NCBI GenBank assembly: GCA_009914755.4
Contig: CP086569.2
Coordinates: forward strand, 3,552,001-3,616,000
Direction: 5' to 3'
Length of the DNA: 64,000 bases
Source: the human T2T-CHM13v2.0 reference genome, Homo sapiens
The position numbers and the translations under genes were made by a program. Of this stretch, positions 1 through 17,370 are shown piece by piece (positions within the stretch are counted from its first letter, which is position 1; each line of letters starts with the position of its first letter). Under the pieces are notes generated by a model. It had not been told where the DNA came from, made no database searches, and saw nothing but the letters and a program-made list of their open reading frames with translations.

Positions 1-3000
1 GGGAAATATGCAGCCTTTGAAAAACCATCTCTAGTCTTCCTAATACTGTGATTCTGGTTTTCTCAGAAGTAAAATTACAATACATGAATAATATTAATAA
101 TTTGATAATTAAAAGATAATGTGTGTGCCAGAACATAAGGAATCTATTCCATTAGGGTGCCAACTAAAAACATGAGGAAAATTATAACCTATTGCTCTTT
201 TTGATGATTATTGTAGCCAAGAAATAATTAATGATTTAATCTGAACTCAAAAATAAAAGTCAGAGCTTGAACTTAGTAATGGGCATTTTAGTTCTCTTTA
301 AAACAATTTCTCTTTTTTTCTAGCCTTCCCTTTCTATTAAACAGAGATTATAGTAAGACGAATTTGTGTGTAAAGTAAGTTTTAGGTTTATTATACTTGG
401 CTTGATTATTCACACAAAGTGCATCAAGAATTGATTGGCTGTACAGATTCTTTTCAAGTTGGCTTTCTGTAACTTTACCTGAAAATATGTCATTCAAGTC
501 AAAGCCTTGGTAAAATAATCAGTGTCTCCAATTGTGTCTTGTTTCAAAAGAAAAGATGCTTACTAAACTTAGGCAAATAGCTATATTACCATAAAATCAG
601 AATATTGACAAATAGCTTTTAGATTTGGGATAATACAGATGGAGAGAAAGGTAAAATTTGCTCACTAAAACATACTTTATCTAATTGCTCTAAACTATAA
701 GTAACTCAAAGGAAAAATATTTTCTTAATTATTCTTTAACAAGAACAGTAGATTCCAAACAGGATTTGTTTGCTTACTTTGGAACTGCCATTGAAGAGCC
801 ATGCATGCAGTTCTTGTCAAATAAAAGCTGTTTATCAGGCACGGTAGAATCTAGCAATGTTAACAGCCACAAATCCATATAGGTCTACAGCAACGTCAGT
901 TCTTGCCTCCTCAACAGAAATAGTTCAACCAGGGGGCATAAGGCACAGGGATAGACTGTGGTGAGTTTTAGAGCAGGGATGAATGTTTATTAAAAAGTTT
1001 TAGAGCAGAAACAAAAGGGAGTTAAAATACACTTAAAAGAGGGCCAATTGGGCAACTTGAGAGGTTTAAGTGCATAGCTTGACCTTTGACTTAGGATTTT
1101 ATATGTTGACATACTTCTATGGTCCGTTTTACTTCTTCCTTGAGTCTTGCCTTGGGGTGAGATGTCTGCTTGTACAGTGGCCTGCCAACACTTGGGATGG
1201 GCCACATGTGCAGTGTGTTTAATTAAGTTTTACACATGCTCATTTGAGATGTTTTTCCCTTAAGTCATGTGTTCCTATAGGTAGGTTATATATCAGCTAA
1301 ACTCTGCCATTTTGCTCTTAGTATGCATGTTTGAGCCCACTCACCCAAATCCTGAAATATTATTGGAAAGCTGCTGATCACCAGCTTCAGGGTTCTTTTT
1401 TTTTTTCAATCTATTGGGTGACTGCCTTTTCCATGGTGCCAGCTGCAACTAATTGTTATTTAAGAGAGACAGTTTATCAACCACCTGACCATCACCTATT
1501 GGTTGCCTGACATTCCTGGAGGTGTGTATTTGGGGTGAGGGGATCTCCTGTCCTGCTCATATCTGCCTAACAAATTACTGTAACATTTCCCCCCTCAAGA
1601 GTCCAATACCCCAATTCTTTGGGAAAAATTGATGAAACTCAGTATTCTATAACTGCTTCCTGCTGATGGGGATGTGGTGGTTGTTTTGTTGGTCTTGGCC
1701 TCTTGCTAGCTGTCAGGACAGGGTGGTTCCATGGGTTGGTGAAAGTTGTATCCAGCCAAGTCCAAGAGAGACAGGGGAAGGATTTTACTTCTGTTGTGTT
1801 CCACACATGGGCGTCTAGGAATCCTCTGCAAATGCAGAAAACTGGTGTGGGCACTTTAATGTTGAGGGACCAGGAGGGTCTCCCTTAGTCCATCCAACCT
1901 TTGAAAGTGTTGTGAAGATGTTTGTTTTAATCTTATCTATTTCAGGTTTATTTATTACATTTTACAATAGTCATCTTAGGATTTCCACCCTGTTGGGATG
2001 AGTCCTTTGACTCCTTATTGCTGTAAAACCTATGAGGGCCAGCCAGTTTGATAAGGCTTCTCAAGTCATTGTTCACTTTACACTGTACCTTCTGATTTTA
2101 ATAGTTACTTGATTTTGCCTATCCCCTACATTGACTATCTTCTTGGTAACAACAGATCTCAGAGTTACTTATTAGTTTTTTTGCTATTACAGATAATAAC
2201 TAAGTAATTACATATTTTCTTTTTTCTTTATTAGTTTGCATTTCCTTATTCATTCAGTTAACCAACACCCTGGGAGTATGATCCATCTGTAAATTCCACT
2301 GGAAACTTTTACCGTTAGTAACTGAACACAGCCCTGCTGCAGCTCTATACTGTGGGTGACTACATCATCACCCAAGAGTCAAAGGCTTCTCATTTCTCAT
2401 TCTTTTATTTCTCATTATTCATTAGCTTTATTTACATATTTTTTCATTTACTTTAAAGCAACTCTTCAGTAACCTCTAAACTAGAAACATTATATTTTAT
2501 TTTGCAAAAACTATATTATCATGTTTTTATAACTGTAGTGAAAACATTTTACTCTTCTACTATTTTGACTCATAGAAACCCAAATTCCTAGTGGGAAATC
2601 TAGGATCACTTAATTTAACAGAACAGGACTTTAAAATTTTAAATGACTGCAGTGAATTGAGATTAAATTTGCCAAATTAATCTTACCAAAGTTTACTAGT
2701 CATATGCACTAAGAAGCTTCTGAGCTAGCTTTTATTAGTCTGATAGGCACTTATTTTTTTCAAACCAATTGATTAGAGCTCTTTTATATAATTGGTACTA
2801 AAATGTTACTTCCACATGACATATGTAAATATATAGACATAACAAACAGACAGACAGAGGCAGGTCCTATAAAAATTTTTATTTGCTGGTTTTCAGTAAT
2901 TTTTTATTACTTTAGACCATTAACTTAAAAAACATTACAGGAGCCAACAAAAGTTGAAGGGGAAATTTGCCATCCTAGGCTTTAAAAGAGAAAAAAGAGC

Positions 3001-3095
3001 AGAAGTAGTAGGGTTCAACTGAATAACTTCTGAGGTATCAATGTGAAGAATTTCAAAAAGAAAGAGATCATATAATTTAAAAATTAAAAACTTTT

Positions 3096-3389
3096 GGCCA
3101 TGCATGGTGGCTCATGCCTATAATCCCAGCACTTTGGGAGGCCGAGGCAGATGGATCACGAGGTCAGGAGATCAAGACCATCATGGATAACATGGTGAAA
3201 CCCTGCCTCTAATAAAAATACAAAAAATTAGCCAGATGTGGTGATGGGCGCCTGTAGTCCCAGTTACTCAGGAGACTGAGGCAGGAGAATGGCGTGGACC
3301 CTGGAGGTGGAGCTTGTAGTGAGCCAAGATTGTGCCACTGCACTCCAGCCTGGGGGACAGAGCGAGACTCCATCTCAAAAAAAAAAAAA
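3096..3389 (+). mobile_element. Alu SINE, full length with A-tail
   Basis: Starts ggccatgcatggtggctcatgcc and has the A-box/B-box dimer structure. The A-rich linker is taataaaaatacaaaaaattagccag. Ends ...gagactccatctcaaaaaaaaaaaaa. Flanked by the direct repeat attaaaaactttt at about 3083-3095 and 3390-3402, which I read as the TSD. Confidence 0.9.
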
Positions 3390-3467
3390 TTAAAAACTTT
3401 TTACAATTTTATTCAGTCAATATTATAAGAAAATTTTGTTCTAACCAATTCTTTAGTTTTGTATTAG

Positions 3468-3770
<303 letters not shown>

Positions 3771-4284
3771 TGTATTAGTGTTTTTCAAATATCAAATTAT
3801 AATTTTTAGAAAGACTACTATAATATTCTATAATTATAATCAACTTAATCACAACATTTTTAGAATTTTTTACGAACTTTATTATTATCATTTGCACAGA
3901 CCATTCATGACATGCTTGGACTTTCTGGCTTGTTCTTAACGTTCCTGTCTCTTAAACAAGCAGCCATTTTATTTTAGGTCCAAATGTACTGTGCATGGTT
4001 CTTTCTCATAACCATTTTTACCTCAAATATATATTTATATCCATAAACATTTTTTACATCTCTTTTATTTTCTGGTTCCTTTTACCTTCTTTCATAAATA
4101 ACCTCTGGATAACCTATGAATTAGAAAAAACACATTTTTTACAAAAAAGTTTTTCTGCAATTTATTAAACTGGAAATTACTCAGATATTTAATAAATACC
4201 TATTATTTAATTTTATATAACTTTAGATTTTAAATTATATGAAAATTATATTTCTAGGCAATTTATTTAGATTTATGTGATTAA

Positions 4285-4600
<316 letters not shown>

Positions 4601-6777
4601 TATTTTTATTATTTTTAATAGTTTACATTATTTGTGAAAACTGTGATAGTCATCAAAGTTATTTCACTTTTAGCCCTTTTAATAGCTTATGAATTTTACG
4701 TTTTCCCAAATAAAAATTTTATGGTTAACTATATGAGTATTATGCCAATATTATACCAATAACTCATGATTTAGATGTTTTTATTAAACAAACAGTATTA
4801 TCTTATTTATTAAAAATAACACAGAGATTATTCTGTTTTATGCTGAATTTATAGTTTTATAAGCTTATGACTAATTTTGACACCTCATAACTGTCAGAAT
4901 TAAATAGAAAACCTCTTGATTCAAAAATTCTAAGAAAATACATGCTGACAATTCTTAAGACATTTCCAATATTATTTTACCAATAAGTTTAATGCCAGCT
5001 TATTCATTAAAAATTGCATTTAAGTAATGTGAACTTGAAAGGCATTTTGGATTATTTACCTGTTTTATAAGTACTCCTTTATTATAACCCGTTTGGGTAC
5101 CTTGTGGCCACAACATATAACAAAATACATGTACGTACATATAAACACATCTGAACATGCATATACATGCACAGACAGATTCTAGAGCTTTTACATCAGA
5201 AATCTAGCATGAGTTGTCAATATAAACTCACCAGTTTACAAAAAAATGGATAGATACAAATGACGTTTTTTGTTTGTTTTTCACTTCAGCACTAGTAGAA
5301 AAGTAACAGCAAATGTAAAGTAGGCAGAAAATAAAACATAGAAATAAACAGAGAACTTAGGAACTTTACCATTGCAAATCAACCTTTGGGCTCTGAGCTT
5401 CCCTTCATGTAATTTGCCCAGCAGTTTAAAATGTGCACAAGAACAGACCAAATGGGTAACCAGCCGGATTACTAGAAAACCTGGCATACTCTTTTATTTA
5501 CACAAACACTTGCAAGTAAAGGCACCATAAAACCAAAAGGGGTGCTTGAAAAAGGGTCTTTCTCTTTGTCTTTCCTCATTCTTTGATTTGTTTCCCCAAT
5601 TTTTTCTTAAAATGTGGAACTGAGCTTTGGCTTAGGGTTCTTAGTGTGGTGGATCGAAGTGTGCTAATTGTTAGTAGGACTCCACGGTGCCACCACTGAA
5701 TTGTTTACACCCTCTTAGATGTCTCAGCTTCTCTCTCTAGAGGTCTATCACCTATGAAAGGGTTCAAAACACTGATTAATCAGCTCTTATATGCCTTTCC
5801 TGGATGACCCTTTTTAAACTAATTTTGTTGGGGAATCCCTATATAGCCACCATACAATTTAGGAAGTCAACCCCCAGACACTTCCAATCAGCATTTAGTC
5901 ACCCAAGGGTGCCTTTTGGCTGGGAGGAGCAAAATGCTTGTTTGCTTTGGAGCTAAGGAGCTCAATATATGATTTATCTATGAGAATGACAGTTCACTTC
6001 CTTATGCAAATTCACAGACAAGCTGATTGAAATTAATCTGGGGAGATATGGCAATGGAGGAGACTCTTTGGAATGCACTACTAAACTATAATTTGGATCC
6101 TAAACATCTTCCTAGGAAGAAAATTAAAAATAATAATAAATGAATAAAAGCTAAGACCACTTCATGTAAACTTTCCTCAGCCCTCAGCCACTTCTAACAT
6201 TGTAGCTCAGAATCTCTTTTTGGTTACCAATTTGTAAACCAAAGTACCTGAGGTAGGTCTCAATAAATTTAGAAAGTTTATTTTGCCAAGGTTAAGAACA
6301 CACCCATGATATAGCCTCAGAAGTTCCCTACAACATGTATCCAGGGTGGTCAGGGTACAGCATGGTTTTACGTATTTTAGAGAGACATGAGACATCATTC
6401 AATACATGTAAAATGTACATTGCTTCAGTCTGGGAAGATGGGACCACTAGAAGGGAAGCTTCCAGGTAATAGGCAGATTTAAAGATTTTCTAATTGGCAA
6501 TAAGTTGGAAGAATTATTATCAATATAAAGGAATGTCTGGGTTACAATAAGGGGTTGTGTAGACCAAGGTTTTATCATGCACATGAAGTCTCCAGGTAGC
6601 AGTCTTCAGAGAGAATAAATTATAAATTTTTTGTCCGACTTAAAGAGTCTTCTCTATCAGTAATTCCAAAAAGGAGGAGGGTATAATTAGGAATGTCCAT
6701 CACCCTCTTTGTATCATGGACTTAACTAGTTTCTCAGGTTAACTTTGGAATACCCTTGCCAAGAGGAAGGGTCTGTG

Positions 6778-7110
6778 TTGGTCAGCGTTCTCTAGAGGAA
6801 CAGAACTAATAGGATATATATATTAGTTTATATAAACAAATATATAAACTAACAAATATATAAACAAAAAGCGGAGTTTATCAAGGAGTATTGACTCACA
6901 TGATCACAAGGTGAAGTCTCACGGTGGGCCATCTGCAAGCTGAAGAACAAGGAAATCAATCTGATTCCAAAACCTCAAAAGTACGGAAGCCAACAATGCA
7001 GTCTTCACTCTGGGAAGAGGAAGGCACAAGCTTCAGAATACAGGGAATGTTACAGAGGAAAAGTGAAATCCCACAATGACCATAGTGCAACAGGCCCAGA
7101 AACAACAGTA
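6778..7110 (+). repeat. LTR-like interspersed repeat of unassigned family
   Basis: Begins tgttggtcagcgttctctagaggaacagaactaataggatatatat, an LTR-style 5' terminus that I remember from an ERVL or MER-type LTR family. A purine tract aagaggaaggg lies immediately upstream at 6765-6775 and looks like a polypurine tract. I cannot name the family from memory. Confidence 0.3.
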
Positions 7111-9039
7111 TAGATTGATTTAGAAAGAAGAAGAGCAGAATAAATTATATCTCTTTGAAATAAAGTTTCAATTCATATTATATAATGTTTTGGTGGTTTG
7201 GAACACAATAGTAACAGAAATTTTACAGAATTGATTGATCATGTTTGAAAACAGTGGAAACAAATGAACACAATCAGGGCAGCTATTAACCAAAGAAAAT
7301 ACAAAACCTTTTACAGGAAAAAGAATGTAAGAATTGTGAAATACTTGCCTCAGTAAACATTACATTTTTTAAAATTGTGGTATCAGTATATTGGGAGCAT
7401 AAATATTAGTGGGGGGAGACACTTGAGAATAATGTCTTTATCAAAGAAATGAGAAGTTAATAGAGGGTATTGAAAATTGATAAACCAAGAAATAGCAGTG
7501 TGTAGGTATTTAAATAAAAGCAAACATCAAGTGAAATAGCTATATTTGATGAAAATAATCAACTCCGGGAAAAAGAAACAAGCATTGCGTATAGGTGACA
7601 TTGTATACTGATGTTTTTAGGTATAGGACTTATAGTAGTATTTGATATCTTAATTTTATCTCTATAATATTTTGATTAAAATATTAATGAATGAATGAAT
7701 TAGAAAACTTGCTATTTGAAAGATAGAAAAAAACAATTTGAAAAAATACATAGGAGAAAAGACTCATCAATTCACATATGACCATAAATTGCTCTTCTAA
7801 GAACCAAGAAGTTATCTTTATAGCTAGTCTCCATCCCACGTGCTGCAACGATGAAAGTGTTTTTAGACCCTGAGGAAGAAGCCCATTTGTCTCTGCTTAA
7901 ATACTGTCAGTAATATGACATTTTATCTTAGACTCACTTGTATGGGGGTTATTGATCTCTAATTGGAGCTGTGCCACTGTGAGAAAATTCCTATTATTTT
8001 AATGTCCAATGATTCCAGGATAATGGAAAAATAGCATCCTTCATTTGTCCTTAATGTATAAATGAGACATATAAATGTACCACAACCTCTTTAAAGGCTT
8101 TCAAGATTCTCATCTTTTCTCTCAACCGTCACCATCACTTTCTATTCTCCTTATTCCTGTTATGCCCAGAGAGTAAAATTAGAAAGTGTTCTATTTCTCC
8201 TTGACTATGTTTTATTTGCCCTATATCTCTACCCATTCATTAATAAGATTAATAAAGATATGTAGACAGCCCACTTTTCTAGAGAGGTCTACTCTGACCA
8301 TACTATTTAATATTGTAAACTTCACTCTACTTAATATTATCTCCACTGTCTCTCCATACCTCTTACCCTGCTCCATATTTTTCCTAGCACTTAATGCTTT
8401 GATTATTTTATTTATTGAAACTCTCTAGACAATAGGACATGTTTTCTGTGACAGCAGGGATTTTGTCCATTTTGATTGCTAATGGAGTTTCAGTGCTTAC
8501 AAAAAATACCTGTCATACATACAATCCTCAACAAATACTTTTGAATGAATAAGTGTCACATTGTTGGTTTTTTGTACTGATGAGGAATGTTTATAGACAG
8601 AAGACAGAGAGTATTCTTGGTGACCTTAGGCAAACTTCTTAGCATGTCAAGGCCTCTATTAATCTGTAAAGTCTTCTATACAGTCAAACCACATTCATCT
8701 TGTGCTCCACCTGTTGGCAGCATATTAAATTTAGAAACATAAGACTAAGAGAAGGCTGAAGTGTCTGAGGCACATGATCTAATGAAGAAAACAAATATAT
8801 TCAAAAATCATTACCACACAAAGTAATATATAATGGCTCAGAAAAGACCGTAGTTAGTTGGCTGATAATATTTCTAAAATATATTTTTTGAAATATTCTC
8901 TGGTAGTATTTACAATTGTGTGGATCGAGAAAGGGAAGGAGGGGGAAAAGAAAGGAGAAAAAAAGAGAGAGCAATTAAGAGGTAAATTACTTTTGAGATT
9001 GGATTTTTAAACATTAATATGGCGTGTTACATTTATAAA

Positions 9040-9284
9040 AAAACCCCAAAGATGTCCCTGGGTAGGAAGAATAATGGTCCCCCAAATATTTCCAAGTCCT
9101 CAACTCTAGAACTTATAAATGTTATATTTTATGGGAAAAAATAAGGTTACAGATGGAGTTAAGTCTGCTAATCAGTTGGCCTTAAAAAAGATTATCTGGA
9201 ATTAACTGGATAGGTACAACGTAATCACAAGGATGCTTAAAAGTGAAAGAGAAAAGCAGAAAACAAGGTCCGAGTGGTACAATG

Positions 9285-9315
<31 letters not shown>

Positions 9316-9560
9316 GAGTTGTATCTGGCTTTGAAGATGGATGGAGGCCATGAGTAAAATAAATTGGGTAGCCTCTAGATGTTGGGAAGGGCAAGAAAAT
9401 AGATTGTCTTCTAAAGATACCAGAAAGGAACATAGCCCTGTTGACACCTTAATTTTAGCCCAGTGATACTCATTTCAGACATCTGACTTCCAAAACTATA
9501 AAATCATAAATTTATGTTGTTTTAACCTACTAAGTGTATGGTAACTTGTTATAGTTAGAA
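9040..9560 (-). mobile_element. MaLR solo LTR, MLT1-type
   Basis: Reverse-complement match to MLT1-type LTR landmarks: aggaagaataatggtcccccaaat, gctttgaagatggatggaggccatgag, cctgttgacaccttaattttagcccagtga, cttccaaaactataaaatcataaatttatgttgttttaacctactaagt. The two overlapping 80-aa ORFs at 9182-9447 lie inside it. Confidence 0.6.
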
Positions 9561-10758
9561 ATCAAAAACTAACATAATTTCTATCTTTTGTATTCAAAAG
9601 ATAAACACTTAAGATAGATCCCTAAAAATTATGAAACCAATATTTTAGGTTCCCTGACATTTGTGGTATAGAAAGACATCAATGAACAATTTGTATTTGT
9701 TGTTCCTTTTCTTAAATGTCATTACACCATATGTATTAACACCTTTCAGTTAAGAGAATGATATTTTATATCTTCCTCACTGCTGACTTATTTGACAATG
9801 CTATTCTTAATGTGTTTATAATTTCTGAAGATATTAAAGTATAACCACATCCTGTTTATGTGGCACTGTAGAGAAATTGGCCTTCCAAATTAGTGGATTT
9901 TCTAAATAAACTCAATCACTTTTGGGTGGTGTGTGTGAGCATGCTTGTGTGATTAAATTATAATATTAAAATTTTTCTCACTTTTATACTTTTTGAAGCA
10001 GATAAATTAGTGTATGTAACAACATTTTTTATGAATATGAGTCATTATTCTGAACATAAATTATATGCCATGCTAAAATACTCCCACATGTTGTTATTTT
10101 CAGGCTCTATTAAAAGACATAGAGTAATTCATGTCTTTTCAAAATAGTTGTAACTAGTTAATATATTATTCTGAGCACATTTTCTAACAATTATTCTATC
10201 AGAAAAAGGTATAACAGAGTGGACGAGAAACAAGAACAAAGGCACTAAGATAATTAAATTGAGTGTAGCAGTAAATTGAACACGCAAGAATTATTGCATG
10301 AACAAAGTTAGTGACCATGAAAATGGAGAGCAAATGATTGATTTAAGACATGGAAAGAAAATATTGAAAAGAATTTGAAGCTTCATTGGGAGTAACAGAA
10401 AATGATACATTGAGGATAACTTATACAATTCATCTCTGAGTAACATTGTGGATGTTGGTAACCACCGTAATATGGAATATGAAAAGAGGAGCAAATTTTT
10501 ATGAAAGTATGAAGGTTTCATAAAGGGATATTCTGAATTTGAGACGCCAGAGAGACAACCAACTAAAGATTCACTACAGAAGTTGGATATTTGGAGCTAA
10601 GTGTAATAAACAATATGTTTAGATTAACATGATAAATGATAAGGCATTGGTGTAAATTAAACTATAGTATAAGAAGAAGGCTAAGAATAAAGTTACGGGG
10701 CACAAAACATCTAATTTTGGGTTTAGAAGAGCTTAAGAGTTAAAATCTATAAATGATA

Positions 10759-13476
<2,718 letters not shown>

Positions 13477-13479
13477 GGT

Positions 13480-14100
13480 CTGAGATTTTATTCTACCTAA
13501 CAAGCTAACAAAGTCAGCCAGTTTTATGAATGCTCTCAGAATCTGTGACACTTCTGATACAGAGGCACAGAACTATATTGCTCATGACAATAGCTATAGC
13601 CAGAGCATGAGCATTGGCATCAGTTATCCCACCCCTAGTTCTCATATAGCCATATGACATTTGCCAGATGATACTTGCACATATAGTGGGTTCATTATGG
13701 GAGAACAATTGTGAGTTTAGGAGACCTCAGTATTGTACTATGACCCATAAGCATGTCCGTCTAATGCTCTTAAGGGAGAACATATATCTTCCAATGCTTT
13801 AAGAAAAGATACTCTTTGCTCCAAAGGGAAACACTATATCTTCAAAGGTTTTTACCACACATTTTTTGAAAGGTAGAATGGAACAAAGGCAGTAATTCCT
13901 GTACTCATAAGATAGACAGAAACATGTGATACCCATAGGACATAATCTCCCAACAAAGAGAAATACTATCAAGGAATGATCATCAAGATTGAAAAAAACA
14001 GGAGGGAAGAAAAATATGGAAAATGAAGTGGAAAGAGTCTTCTGAGAGTGAGTTAACAGCAGTAAATCTTGACAGAAATTTCAAGTAGAATGTGAATTAT
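13480..14100 (+). mobile_element. Old L1 (L1M-type) ORF2 fragment, plus orientation
   Basis: ccacacattttttgaaaggtagaatgg ... gatacccataggacataatctcccaacaaagagaaatactatcaaggaatg aligns to the L1 ORF2 region ggttttttgaaaggatcaacaaaattgatagacc ... gatatcaccaccgatcccacagaaatacaaactaccatcagagaatact. The fragment is highly diverged. Confidence 0.45.
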
Positions 14101-14117
14101 AAACAATCTATCTATTT

Positions 14118-17100
14118 TGCACCCAGAAGTAGAATTGTTAGATCATAGATTATTCATATGTTGAGCTTTAAAATATATTGCCAAATGACTTTCCAAAATG
14201 TATATAAACAATTTATACTCCTACCAGCATAAAAGACAATTAGAGAAAATCTATACCTTTGCCAACATTTATCATTATTTTTATTTCTAGCCATTCTTTG
14301 TTGTTTGTGGTTATATGTCACTGTGGCTTTTATACACATTTTCATGATCACTAATGGAGTTGAGCACTTTTTGATAGGTTTATTGGTCATTTGAATAACC
14401 ACTTTTAAAAGTCTCTATTTAAATGGTTTTTGTCCCTTTTTCTATCGGATTTTCCTCTGGCATTTTAAAGATTTTTATTAGTTCTGGAAATAAATTTTAT
14501 ATTGAATATATTTAATTATAATATAAACTACTACTCTATACATTTTATATTTTAAGGGCATGTAAAAGGGAGAGAAACTCTTGATTTTAATGTATTACAT
14601 CAATTGTTCCATTTTGGTTAACAGTTTATGTACTGTTTAAGTAATCTTTGCTGTCTCAAATGTATGAAGAAATACTTCTATATTTTTGTTTTAGAATACT
14701 TTTTATTTTAAATTTAGTTATATGATCTAGTTGGAATTTTTCTGTATGGTGAAATGTAGGAAAACATTTTGGTTTTATCTATATGAATATTTTTATAGTT
14801 TATCTTAATTCAAAGACATTGCTATATTATTTACATTTCAATTTGTCACACAAATATTTCTAATTTCTTATGTTCATATTCATGTTGTCTACAAATAATG
14901 AGCTTTATTTTTTCATAGTACACTGGATAAGATATCCAGTATAGGTTTGAATTGAGAGAATAATGGGCATTTTTATGTCATTTTTAATCATGAGAGGGGA
15001 AATAGGGAAATGTCGTATTTTACTAATTAAATTTTATATTTGCTGTAGATTTTAAATATATACCATTTGTCAGATAAAAGAAATTCCTTATATTCCTTGC
15101 TTACCATAGTTTTTTTTTTACATTGATGATGGTGAAATTTTCTCAAATCCTTATTCTGCATTTCATCTATGAAGATGACTTACTACTTTATTATCTTAAT
15201 GTGATAAAAGAAGGTAATTGTTGTTAAAATGTGGTCTGCCCTGCATGAGAAAATAATACCAACTTGTTAATGATGTATTGTACCTTTAAAAAATCACTGG
15301 ATTCTATTTGTTATTTTTTAGAATTATTGAATTTATGTTTATGAACGTGATTACCCCTAAGTTTCCTTTCCTGTTATTTGTTATTCACAAAATTACAGTG
15401 ACCCCATTACTCTCTATATCCAACCTCTCTCTCTTTCCTTCTCCCCTTTTTTGTTTCTCCAAGAAAGTTGTGTACAATTAGTGTCACATTTTATTAAAAG
15501 TTTGGAAAAATTCAGAAGTGAATACATCTGGCACTAAAGATATTTTGTGGGGAAACATTTATTTGCCAATTTACTGACTTTAATAGATACAGTGCTATTT
15601 ATATATTTTTATTTTATCTTGTGTCAATTCTGATAATTTGTGTTTTTCTAGGAATTATTCAATTTTATGCAAAATTTTATTTGTACTTTAAAATTTTTCA
15701 TTATGCTATTTAAAAAGCTTTATAAAATTTGTAAAACATCTTGTGATAGCACCTTTTTATCCCTGGTATTTCAAATTTGTGTCTTTAATTATTTATGTAT
15801 TTTAATTTTGCTCAATTTGGTTAAATGTCTATCAAATGTTAATCTTTCAAAAAATCCACTTTTGGCTTTGTTAATAAACTAACTTCTATTGTTTATTTTG
15901 TATTTAATAAATACTCTTTTTATTTTCTAACTTCTACATTTTTGGTATACAATAAGATGTCCTTTTACTCACTTCTTGATATAAATATTTGGTTATTGAT
16001 TTTTGACTTACCATCTTTTCTTATTTATAAATTTTTGAATATATATTTTCTTCTCTGCACAGACTTGCTGCATTCCACAAGTTTTGTTATGCTGTATGAT
16101 CATTAGTTTACAAATCAAAATGTTTTAATTTTCATTATGATTTCTAATTTGATAAATTGCTTTGATGTATTTTGCTAAATTTCTAAATAGTTGAACTTTT
16201 TTTATTGCATTATTAATTTTTAGGCTTAATTCCACTGTAGCCATAAAATATACCTTGAATGATTTCAATGCTTTAAAATTTCTTTAGATATTTTTAATAG
16301 CCTTACATGTGGTCAGTTTGGGTAGAAGTATAACGTACATTTGAAAATATCAGTTATTAAACAGTTATTTACAACTATTTCAATTTGCAAATTGGGTCAC
16401 TTTTGTAAATTCTGTTAATTGAATCATCTGGAGATGAAATGTTTTTATTATTTTCTTGTTTTATCAGTTACTGAGTGTGCTGTTTTAAAATTTCCCACCG
16501 TGATGATGGATTTATCTATTTTCATTTTGATTCTATAAAATATGGCTGTATATTTGGAAACTCTGTTATTTGGGAGATACATGTTAAAACTGTTACATTT
16601 TTTCCAGTGGATTGACCCTCTTGATTGAATGGCAAATTAAAAAATAATAGCAATATAAGCAAAGATGTAAAGCAACTGAAACTCTAATGTATGAACAGTG
16701 GATGTATGCATTTACATAACCACTTTGGAAAACTGTTCATCATTATCTACCAAATTAAAATGCATGCATAGCCAATGACCATTCTATTTTATTTTTATGT
16801 ATATACCCCAAAAAGATTTATGATTATACAAACTAACATATATGTTAAAGAACATTCATTGCAAAACTATGCAGCTCAAACTGTAAACATTCCAAACGTC
16901 CAACAGTAAAATTTATACATAAATTTTGGTATATTTATTTCATGGAAAAATATACAGAAAGTATAATAAATAATTACATGTAACAATATAAATGAATGAA
17001 AAGGACATAAATGAATGAAAAGAATTGTGATCAATTCTTTTGATCACAATGATCAAAAGAAGCTAGACACAAATAATACATACTTACATTTCCATTGATA

Positions 17101-17370
17101 TAAAGCTCAAAAGCTTTTAAAAAAGACAAAACTATGCTATAATTTTAGAAGCCAGTATACTAGCTACCTTTGTAGAAGAGGGAAGATATTTTGGTTCTGA
17201 AGAAGGCTGAAGGGCTATTTTGGATGTTGGTAGCAACCTATTTTTTTTATGTTTATTACATAGATGTGCTTTACTGTGATAATTCATTGATGTGATATTT
17301 TTATGTATTTTTCTATGTGTATGCTATACTTTAACAAATTGCTAAAAATGCATTTTAAGAATGCTAGTTA
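14118..17370. mobile_element. Compound old L1 (L1M-type): inverted ORF2 segment (minus, 14118-16625) joined to a direct 3' segment (plus, 16690-17370)
   Basis: Minus-strand matches to L1 ORF2: tacccagaagtagaattgttagatcatag (rc of ..ccagcaattccactcctgggta..), gatcactaatggagttgagcactttttgataggtttattggtcatttg, ttaatctttcaaaaaatccacttttggctttgttaataaactaacttctattgttt, cagtggattgaccctcttgattgaatg. The plus-strand 3' part has ccactttggaaaactgttcatcattatctaccaaattaaaatgcatgcatagccaatgaccattc ... gttctgaagaaggctgaagggctattttggatgttggtagcaacc (ORF2 C-terminus and 3'UTR). The ORF at 15667-15882 lies inside it. Confidence 0.55.

Noticed and set aside
790-2300. LTR-like look of the first 2 kb (poly-T at 1397-1407, promoter-like motifs, short ORFs 1639-1888)
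   Set aside because: I could not match it to any consensus I remember. I leave it unannotated rather than guess.
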